Origin: Eledone cirrhosa | Taxonomy: Eukaryota | DNA length: 64,000 nucleotides | Assembly (NCBI GenBank): GCA_964016885.1 | Contig: OZ024741.1 | Span: 234,794,001 to 234,858,000, forward strand | Direction: 5' to 3' | In this document: one piece after another, positions 1 through 12,585 of the stretch | Layout: the number at the start of each line of letters is the position of its first letter | How positions within the stretch are numbered: position 1 is the first letter of the stretch | The notes under the pieces: model-generated | What the model was told of the DNA's origin: nothing | The model's input: the letters and a program-made list of their open reading frames with translations, nothing else | The model's database searches: none | Program-made: the position numbers and the translations under genes

Positions 1-123
1 TCAAATTACACCAGGATATATATACACATACACCCACACACACACAAAAAAATAGGCCCAATGCCTATATATATACATTCTTGGTCCACATACTACTACA
101 AAAATATATCTTTTGTTGCATCA

Positions 124-213
124 TCAGTCTGAGGAGCAGATCGATACTGGAGTCGGGTCCATAACTCCTAAGGGTCACCTTGAGCCAATCCTCTGCAAAA
201 CGCACGTAACAGG
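124..213 (+). ncRNA. Decayed type I hammerhead ribozyme motif (Penelope-like element end)
   Basis: CTGAGGA at 129-135; helix II closed by GCAGA/TCTGC (136-140/192-196); AAAA at 197-200 replaces GAAA (consistent with CpG decay); helix III A-CGCACG-T; TA at 207-208; weak helix I. Followed by AATAAA and (TA)n. Confidence 0.55.
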
Positions 214-265
214 TCGATACGCAATAAATATTTTTCATATGTAAACAAAACTTCCTCGTTTTTTC

Positions 266-311
<46 letters not shown>

Positions 312-317
312 GAAAAA

Positions 318-591
318 ACCGGGCAATGTGTTGTTTCCTTGAGCACGACACTTTATTTCACATTGCTCCAGTTTACTCAGCTGTAGAAATGAGATGATAG
401 GGACTGGGGTCCCTATCATTCCACTGCAAAGTGGTCGTGGAGGTGTCACGGAAAAAAAGCACCCAGCACTCACTGTAATGAGGTTGGTGTTAGGAAGGGC
501 ATCCAGCTGTAGAAATCAAGCCAGAATCAGTTCCCGTCCCACCCTTGCAAGCAGGGAAAAGCGGACGTAAAATGATGATGATGATGATGAT
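318..591 (+). mobile_element. 5'-truncated tRNA-derived SINE (family A) with RTE-like tail
   Basis: Near-identical to the reverse complement of 9941-10283 and 57882-58279; ends in cggacgtaaaa(tga)n. Confidence 0.8.
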
Positions 592-601
592 ATATATATA
601 T

Positions 602-672
602 AAATGACGTCTACTGGACTAGACTGATGATTTCATATGAATGAAACAGTTGTAGTCTTGTAGAAGTCATTT
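602..672 (+). ncRNA. Hammerhead-like core inside a long hairpin
   Basis: CTGATGA (624-630), TTCATATGAA hairpin, GAAA (643-646), CAGTTG, TA; enclosed by a stem at 602-620/653-672. Helix I register is off by one base. Confidence 0.4.
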
Positions 673-1029
673 CTGTATATAATAAAGATACCTATACTCT
701 ATCAATGTATTGAGTATCTCCTTTATCTGTGTTTACCCACCTGACACAACTCAGGAATATACATATGTATGCAATACTCTTCCTGCCTGTGTCTCTTACT
801 AAACCTGAATATAATTTGAGTGACAAAAATGTTGATCAACTGCAAAAAATTAGAGGTAGATAAGTTGATAGCTGTGTGTATCTCGGTTTTTGGAATATGT
901 ACACCATATTCCTGCGTGTCATAAGAGATGATTAAAAGAGATGGTGTCAAGGTCATCTGGTTGTAAAACATTATTTCAAAACATCTCATCCAACCCTTGG
1001 CAGCATAGAAAAGTGGATGTAAAAACGAT

Positions 1030-1440
1030 AATGATGATAATAATCATTATCACCTTTGTTTAACCTCTATTTTCCATGCTTGCATGGGTTAGATGGGTTG
1101 TCATATTATGGGACAAGTCAGACCACATGCCCATACAGATCTGTATCTTGGATGCCCTTCTTAACACCAACCACGTTACAGTGTAGACTGGGTGCTTTTT
1201 ATTGTGGAAATAACTACCTTACAGGGCAGGGAGGGTACTTTTTGACGTGTCAACAACACAACCACCTTACAGGGTGGACTGAGCGCTTTTTGTTGTCATC
1301 TGCACAACCACCTTACAGTGTGGACTGGGTGCTTTTTGTCATGTCACCAACACGGTGGACTGGGTGCTTTTGTTGCTGTGGCACCGGATCATCATACAGG
1401 GTGGAATTAGAGCTTTTTGTCATTGCAATGGCATTGTGGA
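1030..1440 (-). mobile_element. SINE-like element with internal ~40-bp tandem units and RTE-like tail
   Basis: Repeated ccttacag(t/g)gtggactgggtgcttttt units next to the ggatgcccttc...acaccaac block and a (cat)n tail. Similar blocks at ~30040-30310, 32180-32650 and 37120-37260. Confidence 0.6.
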
Positions 1441-1639
1441 AGATCAGATATTGGACATGTCTAGCTTTCATGCTTCTATGCAGGGAAGGTGTATCAGCCA
1501 TGAGGGTGGGTTTCCAGGTAAGCAAGTTTGACATCAATTAGGTGCATCAGATATTTAGCAGGTGAGAGAGGAGCATTAAGAGTGAGGAGAGGGGGTGGTG
1601 GGGAGAGGATTGGTGCAGGCTAGTGTGCCCTTTACATGT

Positions 1640-2010
1640 TTATTTCATTTTATTTTGTGCACATGGAAGGTGGGTCTTCTGCAGAACAGCAGAACGCCAG
1701 AGATCTTGATCCTGTGTCATCTCCTTTGTGAGGTTTAATTGGGCAAGGTCAGCTTTTATCACTTTATCCCAAATTTTAATAGGTCTTCCTCTCCCATAGT
1801 TACCATCGACTTTGAGTGCCCTGTACCTTTTTATACTGCTGTCATCCTCCATACAATTCCAAACCTCTCAATGATTGCAATGTCCAAACCTCTGCAATCT
1901 CCTCTCCTGTACACTGAATCTGACCCCTCTTATACATAGATTCTCTCTCAATTCACTGATGCTTTGTTGTTCATGCACACTACTATTACACATCCATTAG
2001 GGCATGTAAG
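1640..2010 (-). mobile_element. RTE-clade LINE, 3' fragment
   Basis: ORF 1640-1852 (EDDSSIKRYRALKVDGNYGRGRPIKIWDKVI) matches the C-terminus of the copy at 22373-22830. Confidence 0.75.
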
Positions 2011-4249
2011 CTTCCCCTGTACATATTGCTGATGATATATATATTGATGATGATATATATTAGTGAAAGGGTGGGAATAGGTGTTTCAGTCCCCATCCAC
2101 TTTAGAAGTCAACTAGTGAAATTGATTTGGCTGATTTTCAGTTTGAATATATCTAAATTAAAGTCTGGAAGGAAAGTCATGAGCAGAGGAGGGAGAAAAT
2201 CCTGGAAGACCGCTGTTCTGAGACGACAGAAGGATTGGGTAAAATAATTAGTGCAGGGTCTAGCAGATGAGATTCTTTATTTTTTAAGGTTTAATGAGGA
2301 GGCAGGTACCCTTCCCTTTTGCAGGACCCTCCCAGGCTGGTCAGATTGATCAGTAAGAAGGGGCTGCATTCCCTTGATCTTTTCAGGACCTCCCAGGTAA
2401 GTCAGATTGATCAGGATAAGGAGTAATGTCCTATGACCATTGCAGGATCTTTCAAAGTGGCTAAATTGATATTGCTGATGTCCAGTCTGAACAGCTAAGA
2501 GTTGACATCTTTGGAAAGGAATTGCAGGGAGATGATGTGAAGGAATAATACTGTGAAGGAATAATTGGAGTATCAGATATAGTAAGGGTAATGAGCAGAC
2601 AGGAAAAGGGGAGATTTGGGTGAGGGGAGGTGTGCAACTAATTAGTTCAGAGGAGCAGAGTGTTGTAGTAGTGGTTGAAAAGACAGAGAGAGGAGATAGA
2701 ATGCCTGTAGACCTGCAGTTGTAGCATGAGTGAATGAGTCTTTCATTACTGATCAGTTTAAATGGCATTCTTTCGGATGAAAACTAAGATGTTTGTATGT
2801 GTAGCAACAGCAGCATCCCAGATGTGACTGTAGCAATATCCTATTGTGGGTCCTATTTGGGATTTCTAGAGAGTCAGGAGATAAGTGCTAAAGTATTTTT
2901 TGTCCCCAAAGAGAAACATTAATTTTAGGGATGCAGTGTTAATTATTTTATGTATCTTATGTCATGAGATGAGATCATTAGTGGTTGTGAAGACTTGCAT
3001 TAGTAGGGACATTGAGAGTAGGTCTGGATGGTATAGAATAGAGGTACCATACTAGCATGGAAAACCAACGTTATCATCATTGTCTCTATGTCTGCTTTCT
3101 CCAAGCTTGCATGGGCTGGACAAGACTTTTTAAGGCAGTTTTTCTCTGGCTGGATGTCCTTCCTTATGTTAATCCACACTTTAGTTTAAGTATGGTATAT
3201 ATCACTGACATCCATTGGATCATTCATCGATCTTGTTGAGTACATGGCAATTATACCCAGTACATTCTGCAAACTGGTAGTGCTGGTGACACAATGAAAT
3301 GTACCTAGTACACTCTGTGAGGTGGCAGTGCTGATGCCACAATAAAATGCATCTAATATATTCTTTAAAGTGGTTAGCATTAAGAAGGGCATCTAACCAT
3401 AGAAACCATACTAAAAATGGAATTGTATGGGCAAGAATAACCCCTCGAAATGTCTAATCTTGGACTGTAACAAGCCTTCCAACCCATAGCAGTAAGGAAA
3501 ACAGACATATAAAGATGAGACATCGTCCACCAGCCTGTCTAAGAGTGCAGTAACTCTGAATAATAGCTGACTTGGTTTGTAACAACCTGCCCAACCCATA
3601 CCAACATGGAAAGCAGCTATAAAATGGCCTTCGTTTTTCTAAGCAACAACATCAGCCAACATCCACCTATTTCCAGTCAGCATGCTTACTTTTAAATGAC
3701 AACACCAATTTCACATCATTTTTTTCCTTTCCATGGCTGGATGCCTTTCCTGTTGCCAACCAGTTTACAGAGTGTACCGTGTGCATTTGATTGTGATACT
3801 AGCACTAGAGAGGCTGTAGGTTGCCTTGTCGCCAGCAAGAGTAAAACAGTTCTCTCTAAAGGAGTGGTTTTGATGAATTTTCAATAATGAGTCATAGTAG
3901 AAGAAATAATGGTAAAGGGAGAGTGTAATAGCTAGTTGAGGGGGTTGCGTATTGAATATAGATAGAACCAATTCAATGTTATACTAGATGCACAGATGGT
4001 CTGCTGAGGGAGGCACATTGATTGGAGATGGAGAGAGTGTTATATAGAGACTTCTTATGTACATATGGTTGGGAGTGACCTACAACCTAGTTTCTATCAC
4101 CACCACCACCATTATTTTTACATCCATTTTTCCCTGCTTGCATGAGTTTGGTGGATGCTCTCTAGCACAGCGTTTCACCACGTCACAGTCCAGTGAAGTT
4201 CAGGCTCTTGAGATTAATCTTCATTTTGTTCCACATCTTCTTTAACCTC

Positions 4250-5650
4250 TCTCTTCCACAGGTTTCATGCACTTAGAGAGTTTGTCACTTTTTTTTTTAT
4301 ACATCTAGCATCTTCCAAGCATATCTCATGCCTGTGCTAGTGCAGTCTTCTCTATTCACACATTTGTTGCTTCTTATACCTAGTTTTTCTCTTAGCTTAT
4401 TTGTGCACTCTTTATGCACACTAACATTGCACATCCATCTGACTATGCTCATCCAATTTTATTCTAGCTTTTGCAAATCTTATACATTCAAACTCCATAT
4501 TTCACTACTATGCAGCATTGCACTTTGTACACAAGTATCATACAATATTCCCTTCATTCTAAGAGAGAAACCTTTTGTTTCCAGCAGCTTATTGAACCTT
4601 ATTTTTGCTCTGGCTATTATATTTTCAGAATACACTCCTCCACTGCTAATTAAATCTATATAAAAAAAAATCTGTCAATTACTTCTAGGAAGCCTTCTAA
4701 ACATTTGATAGAATATATTTTATGTATATTCTTACTATTGTGCAACTGCCACATATGGAGTTTACTTTCTCTGTCAGTTTGCTTATGATGCTAGTGCATC
4801 TATAATTTGAAATGAGTAACCTGTATAGAACTCTTGTCTACAGTTTCTTATCAGATGGCAATTCGGTCTTAGCTTGGTTTACTTTGAGGCCTCTTGTTTC
4901 TAGGTTTTACTTCCAAGTTTGAAATTTCCTCTCTAAATCTTCAACAAATACAACTATGAGAATTAGGTTCTTATACAGTTCTTATGGACAGCTGGTCTCA
5001 GACTCTTTTGTTATGACCTAGAGAATTAACAAGAAGTATATGAAAACTGAGCCCTGATGGACCTTGATGCTAAATTCTTCATGGAACTTGTTTTAACTCT
5101 CACTTTGCTGATGACACCTTTGTATATGGCTTGCGAGACTTTCATAAGCCATTTGTCTATCCCTAGTTTTCTTACCAACCACCAGACAAGTGTGTGTGTG
5201 TGGAAACCTGTCACAATCTTTCTTCAGATTGATAGAAGCTGGGCAGAGTAGTTTACTTTTAGCTAAGTATTTCTGTAGTTGTATCTCATTCTAGCATAAG
5301 CCTAAACTGCATTTCACTTAAATAAATCATTTTGATACCTCAGTAATTTCCCCTGTCTAGAGTATCTCCTTGGCCCTTGTTGCAGTTGATGCTGCTGCTA
5401 TACAGACTTCTGATTGGTATGCATTATTTGCTTCTTTTTGCAATACTGTGAATTCATTGGTTGGAGCCAATTCAACCCATCTTGTGTGAAAGCTAATGCA
5501 AGTGCAAGTATGCTGCCAGTCATTGGGTATGGCACATCTGTATAACTTGATTGACTATGTGAGTGACTAGTACATGAACTACATCACCAGATATTTTAAG
5601 CATCTCAGTGACTATCCCTGAGAGTCCAGCTGCCTTCCCTAACTTGATAT
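4250..5650 (-). mobile_element. RTE-clade LINE, decayed reverse transcriptase fragments
   Basis: Peptides KLGKAAGLSGIVTEMLK and WWLVRKLGIDKWLMKVSQAIYK match the ORF at 21252-21797. Confidence 0.75.
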
Positions 5651-7089
5651 CAAACTGCCAGAAATTGTCCCTGGATCTAGCATACAGAGATGTTTGATTT
5701 GACATGTTTATATTTATTTTAAAATCTTCCATCATAACTATATATAAGAATCTATGTTCCAAACACCAACTTAATAATGAGAAAGTTAGTTATATTACTA
5801 AATCCCTCAAAATCGTTGATTATTTTGAAAGTCATTAGAAATATGATAATGAAAGGGTTAATCACACTTTCAACCATATATGGATGCAAATGTTAGTGAC
5901 TAGTCTGTTTCATCTACATAGGGTAAGCCCTTTTGCTTCTGTGTATTCAATAACCTCTCGTAATAGCATTTCCAAGCCCCGTTCTTATCAGTTTCAATGA
6001 AGACAGGCATGCCACTATCATTCCATACACCATAGTGATGTCTTGATTCTCTATTGTACACCACCTTGAAATCCAGAATTCCTCATGCTTCCGATCCTCA
6101 CAGAATATGTGCACACTTTTTACTTTCTACTTACTCTCTTGCTATGTAAACCTGTCACCTAACTTTTCTTCTAGGTACTTGTCATTGCTCTTTGCTTCTC
6201 CCCTTCTTTCCAGCTTGTCTTTCCTACTTCTAGATTAATATTTTATGTTGAAATAAATACTTGTGCACTGTTATATAGGGGTAGATTTGATGGATTACCA
6301 ACAAAAAGTTGTACATAGGGATTTCAATCCTGGGCCAACATTTTTTTCCTCCAACACCAATCATGGTCTGTCTTGTTGACCATTTTATAATAGTGGCCTG
6401 AGTATAAAATGCTGTTTGAATATTTCATCAATTCAGTTATCAGGGTCTCATGAACCCTTTAGGTTCTACTTCTCACAGTTGTTATTTATGACCGCCTTCA
6501 AATGTACCGAGCACCTCTACCTTTTTTGCAGTTTTCAATCTGGGTCTCCACTTCACATAAGCCTAGACTCTCTGCTGAAAATGACTGTATAAACTGTGAA
6601 TATTTGCTCTACTTATGTTCCCTGGTCATTGACATAACTCTACTACATCTATTACAGGACAACAGTTGGCAAGTTTCATAGGCTGTGTGAGATTTGTTTG
6701 TTTGTTCTCAAATTCTTAATTACAATTTTTATTAATTTTGGGTGTGATTAACGATTATATAATGTCAGATGTGAAGTAATAACTTGGAGGAAAATAACTT
6801 CATTTGAGTTCAAATCCTGCTGAGGTCAACTTTGTTATTCATCCTCTGAAGATCAATAAAGTACCAGTCAAGTACTGGGGTTGATTAATTTTTTTCATTC
6901 CTCCAAAAAAATTATTGGTTTTGGGTCTAAATTAAGAAAAAAAACAGTTATTATTGTTGATATTGTTGTTGTTTTAAAAATATTTTCCAATTTCTTTTAA
7001 CTTATGAAAGTACTCAATAGCATTTACATTTTTGATATAGTGTCATAAATTAACTATTGTTTAACTATTGTTTTTTGATACCAACCTGC

Positions 7090-7990
7090 CTTTGAAGTCT
7101 TCTTCACCCATATATTCCTGACAGGGTCGTGGGGACAGAGTCCTCAAACATTCCTCCCAGCGGGTCATGTCAGTAGCAACCATATCTAACTGATCCGGCT
7201 GGATCCCCAAATGAGACCAGCCTAGGTCCTGGATGTTATCCAACCACCTTGCTCTGGGTCTACGTCTGGGTCTCCTGCCGGTTGGTTTTGTCCATAAAAT
7301 CTGTCCAGCGATTCTTTCCTGAGACATTCTAATCACATGCCCATAGTATCAGAGCTGTGATCTCTTAATTCAGAAAAGTAGCGGCTCTAACTTGGAGTGA
7401 CTTTCTGATCTCTGAGCTACACACTCTATCGAGTAACATTACTGCAAAGACTCTTTGGAGGAACCCCATTTCGGCTACTTGTATTTGTAATCATATTCTT
7501 TCGGTCATTACCCAAGATTCGTGACCATAAGTAAGGGCTGGCATGAATACTGAATTGAAGATAGCGAGTTTAGTTTTTACACCTACTTCCCTTCTTCTGA
7601 TTATCAAATGCTGAAGCTGGCACATTACTGCTCCAGCTCCTATAATTCTTGCACTTAATTCAGCCTCCTACCTTCGTGAACCACTGTGAACCACTGTGAA
7701 CACAGCCCCTAGCTACTTGAACTTCTCCACCTGCTTCAGTGGAACTCCATTCACATTAGAGTGCTATGTGCAGGCTTCCTTGTGAGGATAAGTGTCTCAG
7801 GTTTTGCAGCAGTGGTTTACATTCCAGTCATGCAGCACTCAGCATCAAACCTATCAAGTGCAAATCAGAAATCATCTTCTGTAGATTTAAGTAACACCAT
7901 GTCGTCTTCAAACTCCAGCTGACTGATTTTACACCCACCTGTCATGATATCACTCTCAACCCAGCTGCGTATGTCAATTCTGTTCTTATA
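7090..7990 (-). mobile_element. RTE-clade LINE, second family, 3' part
   Basis: LEFEDDMVLL (FADD-like) and RMSQERIAGQILWTKPTGRRPRRRPRARWLDNI; homologous to 18140-19450. Confidence 0.8.
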
Positions 7991-8881
7991 CCATAGATGC
8001 TGGTTGACCAAATCCCTTGTGAGTGAAATATTATTTAAAAGAAACTGTATGCAAGCCTGGAGAGAATGTTCTACTGTTTTGGGATTGTAGACAAAATCTG
8101 TCTCCATGTTTAACACCATTGCCTGGCTGTGGGTACCTTAGCAGAGTCTACTCTCGTACGTTTTGGTGCTTGGTATCCTATTTGAAGATAACTTCCTCTT
8201 TTGTTCACATCAGTTTTCAAGGCACTGAAAAGGGTCATTAGCACTGCCTTTCCCTTTTCAGATAGTCATTTTAAAAATGATGTGGAAAACGTTTAACAAG
8301 TATTACATTATCTTATGAATCCTCTTTTTTTATAAGGCGCTGTGGTTTGAGAGAGATTTGCCTGCTATTTCTAACAGATTGGGTAATGCTCCATTGTAGA
8401 TGCCCCATTGTAATGCCTCTGGACAGTTATCTTGTACAGGAATGTGTTTGGAACTAAATTGAAACTATTCTGCATATCTTGTGTGTGTGTCTATATATAT
8501 ATAATAATGAAAATTATTGTGTGCAGTGCCCAGGTGCACTATATGTATATATATATATATAATGTTTGCATATATTAATGTGTATGTTTGTCTGTATGAA
8601 GTGTTTGATGTTTTCTGGGTTGATTTGTGAAATCATGTTGTTATTTTAAGAGTTAACTCCCTTTTATTTTTTTATTTTCCTATTTGCTATGTGGTTCATT
8701 ATTATCGGGGAGGGGGGGGGGGTCGATATAATGGACTTCATCTCTGTATAATTGTTGGCCTTATGCCTGAATTAGAAATCATTATTGTTACTATTATTAT
8801 TATTATTATTGTTATTTTTATTTTCTTTCATTATTATTTCTGAGGTATATGGCGAGTGTCTTCCTGACACCTATATTATTA

Positions 8882-9073
8882 TTTGGCAGTATCGGTAGAG
8901 GGTCTGACGCCATGCGTTGACGTATAGAGTTACGGCCCTTGCCATTTTGAGTTCAAATCCCGCCGAGGTTAACTTTGCCTTTCATCCTTTCAATAAAATA
9001 AAGTACCAGTAATGCACTGGGTAATTGCTGGCCTTGTGCCAAAAGTAGAAACAATTATTATTATTATTATTAT
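8882..9073 (+). mobile_element. tRNA-derived SINE (family B)
   Basis: Box A-like TGGCAGTATCGG, box B-like GAGTTCAAATCC, core gaggtcaactttgcctttcatcc...aaagtaccagt (resembles the Nin/Deu SINE domain), (tta)n tail. Many copies in the window. Confidence 0.75.
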
Positions 9074-9765
9074 GGATGGTTTGCACAGTAAATATGATAA
9101 CTACTGGATCTTTTAATACCTGTTGGGTCTCAACAAGGACCTTAGGCTGACAGTACTTTCCAAAGTAATTGTATAGTCCCAACAAGGCAGTTTTTTGTAG
9201 GAGAGCAAAGATACCTTCAGAGTATTATGTGATATTGACCTCTTTTGTGCAATTTTGATCTTCAAGTCATTATACTTTGTTTTTGTTCTTTTTTCAATTT
9301 ATTTCAAGGCTATGTCTTGATCTTGGATGGTAACATCAATAATCTGGCATTCACACTTATTTCTGAGTAAAACCACAATATCAGGTTTGTTGTGCTCAAG
9401 CCTGCAGTCAGTTTGGATAGAGAAGTCTCAAAGTATCTTAAGTTTGTCTCTGTTATCAAGGACAGTTTCTGAGACTCGCTGGTATGATTTATTGGACACC
9501 TGATATCCATAGTTTTCGTATATTAACCAGTGAAGGAACATACAGGCCATGTCGTGTCTTCAGGTGACGCTTTCTGCATTAATTTTATGCAGACAGTACT
9601 ACACACTTTTACCAAGATGATATTTTCAGTTTCCCATTTTATATCACTCTGACAGAGCAAATCTCAAGATTTCTCAGTTTTTTAAACTCAGATGTTTATT
9701 GTTCAAATTGGCCATGCAATGTCTTTCCAACTAAAACTTCTTTTTTCTTGACAGAAACTCCTGTC

Positions 9766-10344
9766 TTAACCCTTTAGCATTTAAACTGTCCAATCCGGCT
9801 GTAATTGACTGCTCTTACTGATGTTAAGGTATTGTTCTCAAAATAAATAATATCAAAATCTCATAGATTCGATATTATGTGAAATAATTAAGTGAGATAA
9901 AGCCTTTACCTTGAAAATATAATAATAAATATAGAGTAATCATCATCATCTTCATTTCATTTTACGTCCGCTTTTTCCCTGCTTGCAAGGGTGGGACAGG
10001 AACTGATTCTGGCTTGATTTCTACAGCTGGATGCCCTTCCTAACACCAACCTCATTTACAGTGAGTGCTGGGTGCCTTTTTGTCATGGCACCTCCACGAC
10101 CACTTTGCAGTGGAATGATATGGACCCCAGTCCCTATCATCTCATTTCTACAGCTGAGTAAACTGGAGCAATGTGAAATAAAATGTCTTGCTCAAGGAAA
10201 CAACACATCACCCGGTCTGAGAATTGAACTCACAACCTTTCGATTGCAAGGCCAATGCTCTAACCACTAAGCCATGTGCCTCCATGTAAATAATGTAAAT
10301 ACTAATAATGTAAATACTAAATAATGTAAATACTAAAGGATTAA
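9766..10344. mobile_element. piggyBac-type MITE carrying a SINE insertion
   Basis: TTAA-CCCTTTAGCATTTA ... TAAATACTAAAGGA-TTAA; homologous to 33037-33229 and 44410-44637. Confidence 0.7.
9941..10283 (-). mobile_element. Full-length tRNA-derived SINE (family A)
   Basis: Minus-strand head with box A TGGCTTAGTGG and box B GAGTTCAATTC, central tgtttccttgagcaagaca, (tga)n tail. Confidence 0.85.
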
Positions 10345-10619
10345 ACTATTCTTTACTTTCAACATTTTCCTTTTCTAGCCCCATTTCTGACAAGACATAC
10401 TGTAGAAGTCTTTCCTTACTATTTATCTGGGGGTAATTAATAACTCACCTTGCTTTTGGATGGTTATCATTTTTCTTCACCTGTGGTCTATCTCATCACC
10501 CTCTGCCTTAGTCCACTTGAGGATTCCAACTCTGTATCATATAATAGATACACCCAGGCATTCACAACTAGAATCAAGTTCCTTGTATCCAGTTTGGACT
10601 TAAGGAATTTTAACCTGTG

Positions 10620-11230
10620 TAGGTCTATTGAAAAAGTACCCAACCTTAGGCTAGGCAAAAACATTACATATTTGGTGTGGTTCAATTGCTAATCTTCTTC
10701 ACACATATGGCTCAGTGATCGTTTCCACTGTTGAAGGACATCTGGAATGGCTCTCAGCTCTGCTGTTGCATTCTGTCCTCTTAGCTTTCAAAGCAGCAGC
10801 CTTCCAGTGGCATCTTCATTTTGGGGAACAACCTGAAATCAGAAGTAGTTGTCTGGAGAAGAGGGAGACTGACAAATGAGCAAAATACCTTTCTTTGCTG
10901 AGAAACCTTGGATCAGTTGCAATAAATGAATTGGGGTGTTGTCATGATGCAGCCGCCAGTTTTTTTGAGGCCCACAGATATAGTACTCCTTTGTAACTGT
11001 TTGTTCTGATGCATATTTGTAATGCAGAATGTCTCGGTAGTCGAAGAATACAGTTAGCATCACCTTGATTTTGTTCTTAACCTGATATGCTTTTTTATCC
11101 TTGGTGACGTTGGATGCTTCCACTGCATTGACTGAGATTAGGTTTCTGGATTGTACTTGTATACCCATGTCTCATCTCCAGTTATTGTGGTAGTCAGGAA
11201 CTCAAGATCCTTGTTGCCAGTATCAGGCGA
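10620..11230 (-). mobile_element. Mariner (Tc1/mariner) transposase remnant
   Basis: ORF 10839-11168: KVMLTVFFD...TVTKEYY...WRLHHDNTPIH...SSPD, typical mariner catalytic-domain motifs. Confidence 0.85.
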
Positions 11231-12585
11231 AATGAAATTGCAACGAGTATTGACAGGAAATAGGAGATTGAAAGACAGATTATTGAATTTGCTCAACAAT
11301 AATATAGTTAGTTTAATATGGTAGAGAATAACTAAAAAAATAAATAACTACACTGCCTCAGTGTGAGTGTGTGTCTGTGAAACATATACACCAGGTCCGA
11401 ACACAAAGGAACCAAAATCCCACTGTCACTGCCTCCGTCTCTCCTGCTCTCCCCATCTCTCACTATTATGAGCAAATGGGGGCCCACACACTGGCCGTCC
11501 TGCAGCCCCAGTGGACAGAATAGAGAAGGCATTTCTGCAGAGGATAATGAGGGAGTTGTGCTGGAAGAGCCATTCCAGCTCACAAGGCTCACACCTGGGG
11601 GTAGCCAACTCTGTGCCGATGGTGGTGAGTAGGGAGGTGGCCCTAGGGCCAAGGATACAAGAAGTCTCCTACAACACATCACACGCTGGCTGCCTGGCAG
11701 TGATTGACATATCCAGTGAGCTCACCAAAAATCCTATATGTGCATGATTGTATGCAGCTCCACTCTGCACATTTTTGTCTCCCTAACGTCATTACTTCCC
11801 TCAGGAAAATATGAAGTTGAATATTTTTGCAACAGACCTTGTACATATGTATTTTTTCTTACATTGTCTTTTATTATTGGTCCATGCAATGTCTCATCAA
11901 TTCCTAGGTATTTATATCGGTCATCACTTGGATCACACCATCTTTCACCAGACTGTTATTCAATGCTAATTACAAGGGACTTTCCCCCCTTTCATTTTGA
12001 CAACTGCACATTTTATGATTCCAAATGCCATGCCTCTGTCTTGGATGCACTTTCGGACTGTCTATACTAGTAACTCTGGTTGAGTTTCAGACTTTGCAAA
12101 CAGTTTCAAATCACCCTTAAATAACAGATGATTTAAAGATGGGTTAGTTCTTCAGCACTAATGAAAAATATTTCTATTTATGTTCACATTACTTAGGAAC
12201 CTATTGTATGAGTACAAATTAGTTCTCCAATCATTCATGCTAAATTACACAAATTTATATAGATTATCTGCCACCTTAAACATCTTCATAGATTCAAGAA
12301 TCCACAAATAGGGTACCATATCATAAGGTTTTTAAAGTCTGTCCATGCCATATTTATTTTTGTCCTTCGGAATTTACAGTCTTTGGTCATTATGTTGTCT
12401 ACAAGATGATCTTTGTTCTCATTGATTTTTTTTCCTGCAGTCTTTTTTGTTCTGTAAGGAAGAGGTTGTTGGCTAATAGTTGACTGTTGGTTCTCAGACA
12501 ATATTCCTGTCAACTGTTTCCAAATCAGGTTTAAGCAGGTAATAAGCCTGTTATAATAAGCTTGTAAGGTCCTACAACACACTCA

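Noticed and set aside
2020-3050. Possible CR1-like 3' region on the minus strand
   Set aside because: Only faint peptide resemblance by eye; not supportable without a search.
10210-10283. tRNA-like sequence with A and B boxes (also at ~58205-58279)
   Set aside because: It is the head of a multi-copy SINE, not a stand-alone tRNA gene.
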